From an uncultured candidate division Zixibacteria bacterium (GTDB taxonomy: Bacteria; Zixibacteria; MSB-5A5; GN15; FEB-12): a DNA stretch of 64,000 bases. The stretch covers positions 352,001-416,000 of the forward strand of contig CAWDXE010000004.1 of NCBI GenBank assembly GCA_963806185.1, written 5' to 3'. The first letter of the stretch is position 1, and each line of letters starts with the position of its first letter. The notes beneath the pieces were generated by a model. The model did not search any database, was not told the DNA's origin, and was given only the letters and a program-made list of their open reading frames with translations. Shown piece by piece: positions 9,950-20,476 of this stretch. Made by a program: the position numbers and the translations under genes.

Positions 9950-11457
9950 GTTAGGCGCTCGAACCATTGCCGGACACGCCGGTGATCGGCGGCGGAGAGC
10001 ACGTACCAACCACCGACGGAGCCTGCGGCGGCTACCACGACCATTCCCCCAATCAAGAGTGGCCACGTGGTCAGTGAAATCAAACTTCGTACCAAGACTG
10101 CCGCACCACCGGCCAACACAACCGCCCAGAACGTTGTTCGGATCGAGATGGTCAGAATGAATCGGAAGGGAATGTCGACTGTCTTGGATAAGAGATAGGG
10201 AAAGACAATCGTATAGAGTATGAATTGCGGTATGACGGTCGCGAGCGCCATACCCATCGGTCCCATTTTTCCGATCAGAAGCGTCGCCAGGGCGACTTTC
10301 ATAACAGCTTCAACGGCGAGTACTCGCAGGAGGATGTTGTGTTTTCCGATGCCGAACAGAATGGAGTTGCCGATTATCTGCGGAATAAAGACGGCGGAAC
10401 CGAGCGCCAAAACAGCCAACACAGGTGCGGATTCGGCGAAGGCGTCGGGGAGCCACAGGTGCACGAACGGTCCGGCAAAGGCGATCACACCGACCATGAG
10501 CACTACGGCCAGATACGTCAAATAGGACAGTCCGCGCGTGTAGACGCCGCGAACAGCCGCCAGATCGCCCTGCGATTCAAGTTGTGAAATAGTGGCTGTG
10601 AGAGGATTGGCGACGGCGTTGATCAGGTTACGAGCCTGGTTGATCACTTGCATAGCTGGGCTGAAAATTCCTGCGGCTGCTGCCGATGAAAACAGACCGA
10701 GCAGAATAGCATCGCTATTGAAGATCACCATCCAGAGAGCGGTGATCCCAAGAGCCGTTCGACCGTAATCCCAAAGCTCGCGTGCCGCGGCCCGGTCGGC
10801 CAGACCGGGGCTGAAGGTGACCTGGGGAAAAGTGTGGCGGAGCCAGATGATGGATACGACCGAGCGGGCGGCACTTGCGCCGAGAATAATCGCAGCCAGC
10901 GCGGCGAGCCCGCTGCCGCGAGAGAGCGCCAGAACCATCAATGCTGTGCGCACGAGTTCTTCGCACAGTTGAAGCACGTTGCTGACGTCATACCGTTGAA
11001 AGGCGCCTAAGCTGTTGGCGAACGGAAACAGCCAGAGTCGAAGCGCCATGTAGGCCCCGAGAAGAAGCAGCGCCTGACGGCCTTCCTCTCTAAGCAGCGG
11101 ATCAGCGATCTTAAAATACTGGAAGCCGAATGTTGTCACGGCCCAGGCAGCCAACAGCACCAGCGCACCCAGCAGAGCGTAGAGCAGGGAAGAAGTGTTG
11201 AGCAGGCGGTTTACCTGTGGGAAATCATCGAGACCGAGGGCACGCGAGATCAACCGGACCAGCGCCCGTTCAAGGCCGAAATCCAAGAGCGAAAGGTAGG
11301 TTACGGTTTGAAGCGCGATAACCCAGACGCCATACCGTTGATCTCCCAATGCGGACGTGACGTAGGGCACGAAGAACAGGGCGACCGCGAGGCGGACGGC
11401 ATAGAGAGTCCATGAGGAGAAAATATTGCGTTCAAGTTGGGCACGCAGCGATCGCAC
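9931..11457 (-). CDS. Polysaccharide/oligosaccharide flippase (Wzx/MOP family)
   Basis: ALGDQRYGVW...LLDFGLERAL motif and roughly 12-14 transmembrane segments. Confidence 0.88.
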   Translation of the reverse strand: MRSLRAQLERNIFSSWTLYAVRLAVALFFVPYVTSALGDQRYGVWVIALQTVTYLSLLDFGLERALVRLISRALGLDDFPQVNRLLNTSSLLYALLGALVLLAAWAVTTFGFQYFKIADPLLREEGRQALLLLGAYMALRLWLFPFANSLGAFQRYDVSNVLQLCEELVRTALMVLALSRGSGLAALAAIILGASAARSVVSIIWLRHTFPQVTFSPGLADRAAARELWDYGRTALGITALWMVIFNSDAILLGLFSSAAAAGIFSPAMQVINQARNLINAVANPLTATISQLESQGDLAAVRGVYTRGLSYLTYLAVVLMVGVIAFAGPFVHLWLPDAFAESAPVLAVLALGSAVFIPQIIGNSILFGIGKHNILLRVLAVEAVMKVALATLLIGKMGPMGMALATVIPQFILYTIVFPYLLSKTVDIPFRFILTISIRTTFWAVVLAGGAAVLVRSLISLTTWPLLIGGMVVVAAAGSVGGWYVLSAADHRRVRQWFERLTKSARD

Positions 11458-11507
11458 GGGGAAATCCTTGTTGTTTCGAATGTTTGGGGAGTATAATGTT
11501 GAGAACC

Positions 11508-12680
11508 ATGAGCAGCAACGTCAATTCATTCGCGAGAAATGCCGGTCAACTTTGCCGGTTTCTATTATTTATCGTCGGTTTGTGCTGGATGCAACTCGAT
11601 CCGGCCGTCGCGGCAGAGCGGCCGTCACTGTTGGGAATCAGCCCCGCGTTTCCGCTTTCAGCCCCGGATTCGACGTTAGCCTCGGCCTACCGTGACAGCC
11701 GGCCAGACTGGCAATCGAGAATTTTTGTTGAGATAGACTCCCTTGGAGAAGCGACGGCCGTGACGATGGACTCCACCATCGATTCTACGGTGGCGCAGAC
11801 GATTCGCGGACGACTGCTGGCGTTACGGTATGCCCCCGGGATGATAGACAGTATGCCGCAGAGGCAGACACTGGTGGTCAGTCTCACTTGTTTTCCCAGG
11901 TCGCGCATGGTCAGCCTCCGTTTCCCGCTGGATACGACCGGCTCACTTTCGGACCATGAACTGCTGGTGGAGACCGCGAAAGCGAACGGTGTGGTGCCGG
12001 CAGGCATCAAGCAATTTCCCTCATTCCATTCCACCTTCAAACGTGAAGATTCCCTTGCCATGTATCCGTACGTACTGCTGGAGGTGAAGCTTGATACGCT
12101 GGGACGACCGCGCGGAGTGACCGTAGTTCGATCTACGCATCCGGCTTTTACCCAGCAGATAGCATCGGCGGCTTATTGGGCCAAATACACTCCGGCACGA
12201 GCAGGGAAGAAGGCGGTGCGTTCGGTCAACTGGCTGCTGGTGTCTTTCTTTCCCCTCGCGAGATATCCGACGTCAGTCCTCACGTCGAAAAGCAAAAGCA
12301 AGCTTCCCCTGCTCGACCAGTTGGGGCTTAGACTCTATCCAGACACGCTCGGGCTGTTGAGCGCGCCGATCGTACACGGGAGACAGGAACTGCGGGTGAC
12401 AGCTCCCGGCATCCACAAGATTGCCTACGGAAATATTGGCGTCATGCTCAGGGTGGATACTTCGGGAGTGATGACCGCCACGAGAATTGGCGATACCCGA
12501 GCCGCGTTAGTGAACGACGTCAATGCGGGGTTACGTCGGTTTCGATTCTACCCAGCCATGGACTTCTCGGGCCAGCCCTGCGGTTATAATGGATTTGCCA
12601 TTCTGGTGTTTGACGGTAGTACGGAAATACGAATAACGAAATCATGGTTACCGGACATCCCGGCGAAGGGAAAGCGGTAA
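11508..12680 (+). CDS. Exported protein with about three TonB C-terminal-like domains
   Basis: Signal-like N-terminus and three repeats of V.V.ID..G...(R/K)(Y/F).PA/PG. The start codon is uncertain (11496 or 11508). Confidence 0.55.
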   Translation: MSSNVNSFARNAGQLCRFLLFIVGLCWMQLDPAVAAERPSLLGISPAFPLSAPDSTLASAYRDSRPDWQSRIFVEIDSLGEATAVTMDSTIDSTVAQTIRGRLLALRYAPGMIDSMPQRQTLVVSLTCFPRSRMVSLRFPLDTTGSLSDHELLVETAKANGVVPAGIKQFPSFHSTFKREDSLAMYPYVLLEVKLDTLGRPRGVTVVRSTHPAFTQQIASAAYWAKYTPARAGKKAVRSVNWLLVSFFPLARYPTSVLTSKSKSKLPLLDQLGLRLYPDTLGLLSAPIVHGRQELRVTAPGIHKIAYGNIGVMLRVDTSGVMTATRIGDTRAALVNDVNAGLRRFRFYPAMDFSGQPCGYNGFAILVFDGSTEIRITKSWLPDIPAKGKR

Positions 12681-12942
12681 CCCATTGACTGGTCAAGCAG
12701 TTAGTCCAATACGCTGAATTGGTCCTTAGTTGTCCACGCATAATGTGCGTCGGTCAACAAGACAAGAACGCCGCCCGCGGGCTCTTTTATTCCAGTCAAT
12801 CACTTGTCCCGCAACTATTTAATGTCGATCGCCCGTCCGGCTACCCTATCTGGGCACAACGGTTGTGTCTTGATAAGTGGCTGAAGCGGCGGCGGATAAC
12901 GTGCGCTGTGAGGTCGTAGTTGGGAAGAAAAGGGGAATGCGC

Positions 12943-13176
12943 ATGTATAATGTTCAGAAGTCGGAGTCAATTGAGCAGGTGGCGCGGTGTTTGGATGTCT
13001 GCGCGGGAGTGATAATGGTCATTGCGGGCGTGTATATCGAGCTGACCTTCGGAGACCTCTTCTCGTCTTCGGCGAACGTTCTCCTGATGGGGAGCACGTC
13101 GGCGATCGCGACGATGCAGATGATGTGGCGCAATGTTCTGATCATGCAGAGGGGAGATGCTCTCGCTTCGCTCTAA
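12943..13176 (+). CDS. Small hypothetical membrane protein
   Basis: AGGGGA RBS-like sequence and two hydrophobic segments; no recognisable family. Confidence 0.4.
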   Translation: MYNVQKSESIEQVARCLDVCAGVIMVIAGVYIELTFGDLFSSSANVLLMGSTSAIATMQMMWRNVLIMQRGDALASL

Positions 13177-13247
13177 GCGACGGAGGAAATTTGGGCTTGA
13201 CTTTAGTGACTGACAATATATTTTGGCACTTTCGTTTAGGATGGGAA

Positions 13248-15188
13248 ATGTATAACTCAAAAGTCGCACGTCTCTCCGGTCCGCTCCTGGTTTTTCTCAC
13301 ATGTTTAGTAGTATTGTCTGCGGCCACCGTGAGCGCTCAGGACGTCAAACCGGAAATCCAGTCAGCCTTGTCATCGGGTGATACGGCCAAAGCTGTGGAA
13401 TTGTTGCAGCAGCAGACGGTCGAAGACAAGACTTACCACATGAATTACTACCTTTTGGGTCGCATTGCCTTCAATAGGGGCGAGCTGGAGAAGGCTAAGA
13501 AGAATTTCGCCGAGGCACTTGACCGCAAGAGCAAGCACTACGAGTCCATGTACTATCTTGGCCGGACGTATCTTGAGCTCGGACTGGTGGACAGCGCTCA
13601 GATTCTGATGGAAGAGGGGCGCAAGAAGGTTCGCGAAAAACACCTCAAGGGCATGTTTGAGAACGGCTACGGCCTGGTCATGATGGCCGCGAAAGATTTT
13701 GCCGAAGCGGACAAAGCGTTTCGCCAGGCTCTGGTTTCCGACTCTACGAACGCCGAATACCATATTAATCTGGGTGACGCCAATTTTGGGCAAGGGGTGC
13801 CGTCGCTTGCGGCGTCGTCGTACGAATCTGCGCTGAAGCTTGATACGGCGTCGGGCGAGGTGTACTATCATTGGGCGGAAGCATGCCTGGAGATGAAAGA
13901 TTATCAATGCGCGATTGAGAAGTTGCGCATTGTGCTGCAGAAAGACTCGACGCACGCAGGCGCCTGGATGCGCGCCGGCGGCATCTTCTTCAAGGCGGCG
14001 CAATCCAGTAAGACGCGCGAAGACCGTGGCGCTCGCTTCAAAGAGACGATTGGCGCCTACAAGAAGTATCTCGAGTTGTCAGGAGCCAAGCCGGATTCCG
14101 CGAGTGTCCGCGCCTACTTTGAACTGGCCATGGCCTATTCCAATCTGGCCGGATACGAAGACGCGGTTGGGTATTTCGAACAAGTCCTTGCGATTCCTTA
14201 CGAGCCGCGCGACATCTATTTCCATTATGGCAAAGCGCTGTGGGGGATCAAGCAGTATGACAGAGCAACGGAGATGCTGCAAAAGCATCAGCAATGGGTA
14301 TCGCAGCAAGGCCCCACCTATCAGTCGAATATCGGGGAAGACGAATTCTATCAGTTGTTGGGCGACACGTATTTCTATCGCAATCCTCGTGACTACGCCA
14401 ACGCCATTACGTATTACCAAAAATCGCTTGACCTCAACGCCAATCAAAAACGGCTGTTGCAGAACACAGGCATCGCCTACCAGTTCATGAAGAGCTATGC
14501 GCAGGCTCTGGGTTACTATGAGAAGCGCATCGCGCTGGGGATCGATTCGACATCGGCGGATGTGTACAAGAACGCCGGTTCCTGCGCCTACATCCTGGCC
14601 GGCAGCAAGGCCACCGGTGATGATCTTGGCCTCGATGACGAGGAAGGCGACACGGCCGGCATGGGCGCGGTGCAGCAGGCGGCGGCCGCTACGGCGGTCA
14701 ACACCAATCGGAATTACTACGAAGTGGCCGTAGAGTACTTCAGCAAATTCCTGGAATATCAGCCTAAAGATCTGAAGGTACTGAATCTGGTGGGCAGCAT
14801 CTACCTCGGTCAGATGAAGGATTGTCAAAAGGGCCTGGCGGCGTATGAACGCTTGTTGCAGGTGGATCCGGGGAACTGTGTGGCCAGGAAATCCCTCGGT
14901 GTCGCTTACCTGGTAGAGATCTGCACCAAGAATTATTCCCGGGCGCTGGGGTATTTCAACGACGCATACGCCTGTCTTGCCAAGAGCGGCGGCGGATGTG
15001 GCGATGTGGAATTGATGCTGTATATTGCGCAGTGCTACCATCTTCGGGCGGCTGAAAAGGGCGCCGAAAAAGCGCAGTCGACTTCTGATTTCAAGAATGC
15101 CAACGACTGGTACAACAAAGTGTTGAAGTGTGAGCCGGGGAATTCCGTGGCCAAAAAGGGTCGCGACGATACCCAGTTCGAATTCTGA
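13248..15188 (+). CDS. Exported tetratricopeptide-repeat protein
   Basis: Signal peptide ending VSA-QD, followed by many TPR-like repeats (e.g. YYLLGRIAF, YYLGRTYL, HINLGDANF). Confidence 0.88.
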   Translation: MYNSKVARLSGPLLVFLTCLVVLSAATVSAQDVKPEIQSALSSGDTAKAVELLQQQTVEDKTYHMNYYLLGRIAFNRGELEKAKKNFAEALDRKSKHYESMYYLGRTYLELGLVDSAQILMEEGRKKVREKHLKGMFENGYGLVMMAAKDFAEADKAFRQALVSDSTNAEYHINLGDANFGQGVPSLAASSYESALKLDTASGEVYYHWAEACLEMKDYQCAIEKLRIVLQKDSTHAGAWMRAGGIFFKAAQSSKTREDRGARFKETIGAYKKYLELSGAKPDSASVRAYFELAMAYSNLAGYEDAVGYFEQVLAIPYEPRDIYFHYGKALWGIKQYDRATEMLQKHQQWVSQQGPTYQSNIGEDEFYQLLGDTYFYRNPRDYANAITYYQKSLDLNANQKRLLQNTGIAYQFMKSYAQALGYYEKRIALGIDSTSADVYKNAGSCAYILAGSKATGDDLGLDDEEGDTAGMGAVQQAAAATAVNTNRNYYEVAVEYFSKFLEYQPKDLKVLNLVGSIYLGQMKDCQKGLAAYERLLQVDPGNCVARKSLGVAYLVEICTKNYSRALGYFNDAYACLAKSGGGCGDVELMLYIAQCYHLRAAEKGAEKAQSTSDFKNANDWYNKVLKCEPGNSVAKKGRDDTQFEF

Positions 15189-15226
15189 TAGATGATGTCG
15201 GTTTGATTGCTGAGACGGGAGACTAC

Positions 15227-16069
15227 ATGACGGCTGATACGAATAAGGAAGCCAGGACCGGACGGATCTCGGAAGACGACCGTCTGCACTACATCGGCTT
15301 CGAAGTCTTTCCCGGAAAGCCGAAAGATTTGTTTCGCTCCGATGCTGAGAAAGAACAGTTGGTTCAGCAGGTAAAGGCGAAGCGGTCCAAGGGCGAGATT
15401 CTTCGGGAGCAGTGCACACTGCTCGAGGAGCGACTCTCGAAAACAGAGAAGTACGTGCTGAGCGTTGCCTGCGTGGTGGCGTTTCTGGCTCTCTTCCTGC
15501 CCTGGTATTCGGCCTATCGGGAGACAGTGACGGCGGCGGCGCCTACCTCGACTTCGCAGTCGAGTTCACCGCAGGCCGGGACAACCACGAATGACGATGA
15601 AGGCGAACTGATCACCGCCGGTGTTGCGCGCACGAAGGTGACCCGCGTATACGAAACGCTCACGGGGGTCGGCTCTCTGGTGGCGATCGGCTCGGTGGGC
15701 GGGTACTTGTTTTCATCCGGCTTCGGGTTGATGCTGACGGCCATCCTGATGCTTGTCTACACGCTCACCTGCGTTGCGCTGCCGGCCTATACGTTGTACT
15801 GTCTCTGGACGATCAAAGGAACGTCGGCCGATGACGTGGCGGTAAAACTGAAGAATGTTCTTAAGTACAGCTGGGCGCCGGTAGGTCTGTTGGGGCTGGT
15901 GATCGTCCTGTCGTTCCTGGGCGCAAGTTACGGTTTTGACGCCAGCAAGAGTTTCACGAGCATCGGTACCAGTTACGGTATCGGCGCGCTGGTCAGTACC
16001 TTGTCGTACGGTTTGCCGGTGTCACTGGCCGGATTTCTATTGTTGGCATTAAAGGGTGTTGAGATTTAA
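15227..16069 (+). CDS. Hypothetical membrane protein in the Ton operon
   Basis: Soluble N-terminal domain, LFLPWY helix, Ser/Thr-rich loop and 3-4 more transmembrane helices; GGGAG RBS. Confidence 0.75.
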   Translation: MTADTNKEARTGRISEDDRLHYIGFEVFPGKPKDLFRSDAEKEQLVQQVKAKRSKGEILREQCTLLEERLSKTEKYVLSVACVVAFLALFLPWYSAYRETVTAAAPTSTSQSSSPQAGTTTNDDEGELITAGVARTKVTRVYETLTGVGSLVAIGSVGGYLFSSGFGLMLTAILMLVYTLTCVALPAYTLYCLWTIKGTSADDVAVKLKNVLKYSWAPVGLLGLVIVLSFLGASYGFDASKSFTSIGTSYGIGALVSTLSYGLPVSLAGFLLLALKGVEI

Positions 16070-16102
16070 TACGTCTATATAAGAGATAAGAGGAGTGGGT
16101 TT

Positions 16103-16861
16103 GTGGTTAAACAGACGCTTTTCATCACGATCAACGCGATAGTCGCTTTCGCGATCGGCTTTGGTCTGTGGTACGGCGTGTTCCGTACCTCTGAGAATTC
16201 GATTGTTCACTCGATGTACAAGGGCGGCCCGCTGGTGGCTATCCTGGTCGGCGTGCTCTTCATGCTGCTGGTGTTTGTTATCGAGCGATACCTGTCCCTG
16301 TACAAGGTGGCCAAGGGCAAAAGCTCGGTGCAGGTCTTCTTCAAGAAGCTCATCACCCTGTTGCAGAACGACGATTTTGACGGTGCCCTGGCGGCCTGCG
16401 ACAAGCAGCGCGGCACCACTGCCAACGTCCTGCGCGCCGGTATCGAACGGTATCGCGATCTGCGCGGTGACAAGTCGATGGACGCGGAAAAGCGCATCCA
16501 GCTGACCCAGGCGGCCATCGAAGAAGCCAACGCGCTGGAAGGTCCGCTCCTTGAGCGCAACCTGATCGCCCTGTCGACCATCGCCTCGATCGCCACCATG
16601 ATCGGTCTGTTGGGTACGACGATCGGTATGATCCGCGCCTTCGCGGCCACCGGTAACGTCGAAGGCGGCGTCATCGACGCCACCCAGCTGGCGACCGGTA
16701 TTTCCGAGGCGCTGGTGAACACGGCCGGCGGGCTGATTTCCGGTATTCTCGGAATCTTCTTCTACAACTTCTTTGTTAATAAGGTGGACGCGTTCAACTA
16801 CACGACGGACGAAGCCACCTTTGAAGTGATGCAGCTGTTGAAGGCGAAAGAAGGCAAGTAA
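16103..16861 (+). CDS. exbB: MotA/TolQ/ExbB proton channel protein
   Basis: LSTIASIATMIGLLGTTIGMIRAF and GISEALVNTAGG. Confidence 0.93.
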   Translation: MVKQTLFITINAIVAFAIGFGLWYGVFRTSENSIVHSMYKGGPLVAILVGVLFMLLVFVIERYLSLYKVAKGKSSVQVFFKKLITLLQNDDFDGALAACDKQRGTTANVLRAGIERYRDLRGDKSMDAEKRIQLTQAAIEEANALEGPLLERNLIALSTIASIATMIGLLGTTIGMIRAFAATGNVEGGVIDATQLATGISEALVNTAGGLISGILGIFFYNFFVNKVDAFNYTTDEATFEVMQLLKAKEGK

Positions 16862-16863
16862 GT

Positions 16864-17344
16864 ATGGGGATCAAGAAGAAACGGCGGGTTTCGATTCGCA
16901 TCGACATGACGCCGATGGTCGATATCGCCTTTCTGTTGCTGATCTTCTATATGGCGACCACGCAGTTCAAACCACCGGAAGCGCGGGCGGTGGAACTGCC
17001 GAAGTCGCATTCGCAGATCGAATTGCCGGACAAGGACATTATCAATATCACGGTCACCAAGCAGGATTCGATCTACGTCGACTATATCGAGAAGGTGAAG
17101 ATGAACCTCGATGGCCAGGATGTCGAAACGACCGGCCGTCGGGTTCGCACCACCGACGCCTACGGGGTGGCGAATGAGATCAACCGTGCGCGCGCGAAGA
17201 ACTATCAAGGCGCTGGTCGTCATCAAAGGCGACCGCGGAGCCTCATTCGGCACCATGCAGGCGGTGATGAAACAGATGCAGGAGAACAGCCTCGAGCGGT
17301 TCCTCATTATCACGGATAATGAATCGGACGCCAAAAAGGGGTAA
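16864..17344 (+). CDS. exbD: Biopolymer transport protein ExbD (copy 1); frameshift near 17200
   Basis: IDMTPMVDIAFLLLIFYM. The C-terminus VVIKGD...FGTMQAVM lies in the overlapping frame 17111-17344. Confidence 0.85.
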
Positions 17345-17414
17345 GTCGGGCGGAACCACCAGTGAGTTTCGCGGCCCGTTTCGGGCGCGGCTCACGAAGG
17401 GAGAGTGATCAGAG

Positions 17415-18070
17415 ATGGCCGGCGATGTTGTAGAACGACAAGCAAAAGGGCATAAGAAGGGTTTACGACGTCCCAAGCGCCGCGTGTCGATCCGTATCGA
17501 CATGACGCCGATGGTCGATATTGCGTTTCTGCTGCTGATTTTCTATATGGTGTCGACTGTGTTCGCGATGCCTCAGGCGATGGAAATCAACCTCCCGCCG
17601 AAAGAACAGAAGGATCCCATCGAGATCAAGGAATCCAACCTGCTCACTATTCGCGTTGACGGTGAAGGCCGGTACTGGTGGAACTTGAAGCAGCCGACCG
17701 CGGACAATCTGCCTCAGCTTGTTCCCAGCTACAAAGAGCAAGCCGGACTCGGTGGCGTACGCGTACAATTCGGATTCACTGCGCAGTCTGCTCGTCACCC
17801 AGAACCGGGCCAATGACAAGCTGAACACGCTGATCCTTATCAATGCGAAAGCGAAGTACGACGATCTGGTGAACATCCTTGACGAAATCGATGTCATCGA
17901 ACGTTCATGGAACGCTTATACCGCCGATCAGAAGAAGATCAAAGTTGAGCAGCTTTCCGAAAGAGGATAAGTTCTCCTACCGGTATGCGGTCGGTGACTG
18001 GGAGGCTCGCGACGATAAGATCATGGGCGAGGCTGTGACGGCCGCGCAACTGAAAGGGGAGTTGAGGTAA
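17415..18070 (+). CDS. exbD: Biopolymer transport protein ExbD (copy 2); frameshifts near 17725 and 17960
   Basis: IDMTPMVDIAFLLLIFYM, continuing as AKYDDLVNILDE in another frame. The stop overlaps the tonB ATG. Confidence 0.85.
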
Positions 18071-18816
18071 TGGCAAACCACATCAATGCCGCCCTGTACT
18101 CGCCGTACGGTGCGTATGAACTGAAGGCGAAGTACCAGCGGAATTTCCTGATGGCGACCGCCTCGATGGTGGCGTTCGTCATCCTCTTTCTGATCGTCGT
18201 TTGGGGCATCTATGCGATGAACAAAGAAGATACTACGGTCATCCCCAGCACAGTCATCAAGACGATCGCGGAACTGGGCCCGCCGCCGACGGTGGCCAAG
18301 CGTCCGCCGCAGGTACAGGTCCAACAGCCAAATGTGGCCGTGCCAAAAGTCGGTATTCCGGTCCCGGTGGCTGACGAACAGGCAATGGACGACGACGTGG
18401 TGCTGGCGACCAAGGAAGAGCTGGCTGATATCGTGGCTCCGGACATTTCCGCCGGCGATGCGAGCGGTGATATCACGGTCGACATCACCGCAGAGGAATA
18501 TCTTCCGGCGCCGGACGAGTTTGTGGCGGTGGAAATCCAGCCGGAGATGATTCATGAGGCGACGCCGGAATATCCGCGACTGGCCAAACAGGCCCAGCTG
18601 GAGGGTGTCGTGTGGGTAAAGGCGCTGGTTGATAAAGATGGAAACGTACGAGACGTCGCAAATCGGCCAAGACGTCGGGCACGCCGTCCCTTGACGAGGC
18701 GGCGGTAAAGGCGGGATGCCTATTCGAACAAGTTCAAGCCGGCTATTCAAAACGGCCGTCCAGTCGCAATTTGGGTGACCTACAAAGTTGATTTCAAGCT
18801 CAACGCCGGTGGCTGA
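18070..18816 (+). CDS. tonB: Energy transducer TonB; frameshifts near 18660-18730
   Basis: YGAYELKAKY N-terminus, TM helix, Pro-rich linker and PEYPRLA...EGVVWVKALVD; KFKPAIQNGRPV...VDFKL continues in a shifted frame to TGA 18814-18816. Confidence 0.88.
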
Positions 18817-18841
18817 GAAGGACGAGCTTTCTCGTTGTGAG

Positions 18842-18869
18842 GGCGGCACCGAACGGTGTCGCCTTTTTT
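18842..18869 (+). terminator. Rho-independent terminator of the Ton operon
   Basis: GGCGGCACCG-aa-CGGTGTCGCC followed by TTTTTT. Confidence 0.8.
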
Positions 18870-18897
18870 GTAATTATCGGGCAATGCGTTGCAGGAC

Positions 18898-20329
18898 TTA
18901 TAGTAAGTGCCGCTTGATGTAGTCGATCAGATTGCTGCGGTCAATCGTTTCCTGAAATCCCTCGGCTGACAGCCATTCCTCCCGGTCGCTCGTCTGTTGT
19001 GCCTTTTCAGCGCCGGCGGCCAGATTCTTGACTGTCACCTTGCCGGTGTCGAACTCGTTGGAGCCGGCGATCACGGCGAAGGGGATGCCGACCTTGTCGC
19101 CGTACTTGACCTGCTTTGACAGGTTCTTTGTATCGCCGACGAATATCTCGGCCGGAATGCCCGCCGCCCTCAATTCCATGACCATCTTGAGGTAGTCCGG
19201 AATTCTATCGCGATCCATCGTGGTGACGAGCACCTTCGACGTCGAGGATTCCAATCTGAGGGCCTTCAACTGAAGAAGGGCGGCAAGAAGTCTATCGACG
19301 CCAATTGATGTCCCTACGGCCGGTATAGAGCGTCCCAGGAACCTGTCCACGAGATTGTCGTACCGTCCGCCGCTGAATACCGAGCCGAATTCGGGTAAGA
19401 TCGAGCAGAGTGGTCTCAAAAACCGGACCAGTATAGTAGCCTAACCCGCGGACGATGGTCAGGTCGACGGAAGCTCTCTCCTTGGAGACTCCCAGAGCAT
19501 TCAGAAGGACCTGAATCTGCCGCAGTTCGTCGATGCCCTGCCGGGCTGTATCGAAATTGCCGAGCAAGTGGTCGGCCTGATCGAGCGGGTCGTTGTCGGG
19601 GTGAGCGGCCATGTCCAGAAAGGTCTCGAGTTTGGAGATTTGAGCAGACTCCAGATTGAGTCCGGCGATCTTGTCACCGGAGGCATCAGTTCGGCCGGGG
19701 CCGAGTTCGAGCAGAACCGCCTGTTTGCCCTGTTTCTCCAGTTTGTCGATCACGCGCATAACGTCGGCGCCACGTTCGGCGGGAATGCCGGCATACTCCA
19801 CCAGACCATTGAGAATCTTCCGATCGGAGTAGCGCACGCGGAAATTGCGGACGGCCAGATGCTCCAGAGTGACGACCATGGCGGCGATGATTTCGGCGTC
19901 GGCGAGCAGATTCTGAGTGCCGACGATGTCGAAATCGAACTGCATGAATTCGCGGAATCGGCCCGGTCCGGGTTTGTCGACGCGCCAGACATTGCCGTAC
20001 TGGTAGCGGCGGAACGGCAGCGGCAAATCCGGATGCATGGCGACGAACCGAGCGAGGGAGAGCGTGAATTCGTAACGGAGGGACATGTCGACGTCGTCGG
20101 GTCCCTTGAAGCCAAACAGCTCGGCCAGTGAATCCTGGGAGTAGTGTGAGCCGAGGAGTGTTTCGGCGAATTCAAGGGCGGCTGTCTGCAAAGGCAGAAA
20201 GCCCATGAGTTCCGCGGAGGCGCGGATCTTGCCGAGCATGTTCTCGCGGGCGATTTGTTCCTGCGGCGGATAGTCGCGAAAGCCTTTGAGCAGCTGCGGG
20301 GTGACGCGATTTGGTTTTTGTTTGGCCAT
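18898..20329 (-). CDS. hisS: Histidine--tRNA ligase; frameshift near 19395
   Basis: KGFRDY, LRYEFT, GRFREFMQFDFD, VRGLGYYTG, GGRYDNL, SIGVDRL and an anticodon-binding domain. Confidence 0.93.
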
Positions 20330-20476
20330 ACGAAGTTGATTTGTTCTCCAATTATCGGGGATAATGTACGGCTTTTTTGGGACCGGCAAAGCGGTTTTTG
20401 GGTTTCGGTTCTGCTTGCGTCGCGCCCGGTTTGGCGGCAGATTGGGGCAAATTTGGTCAATGGGAGTAAGGGAGTT

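Noticed and set aside
12685..12696. TTGAC-tg-GTCAA palindrome as an FNR site
   Set aside because: The spacer is 2 bp rather than 4, and the site is far from a confident start codon.
14079..15419. Long antisense ORFs (446 aa here; also 61493-62698, 19750-20820, 17977-18849)
   Set aside because: These are shadow frames opposite well-supported genes in GC-rich DNA, with no recognisable motifs.
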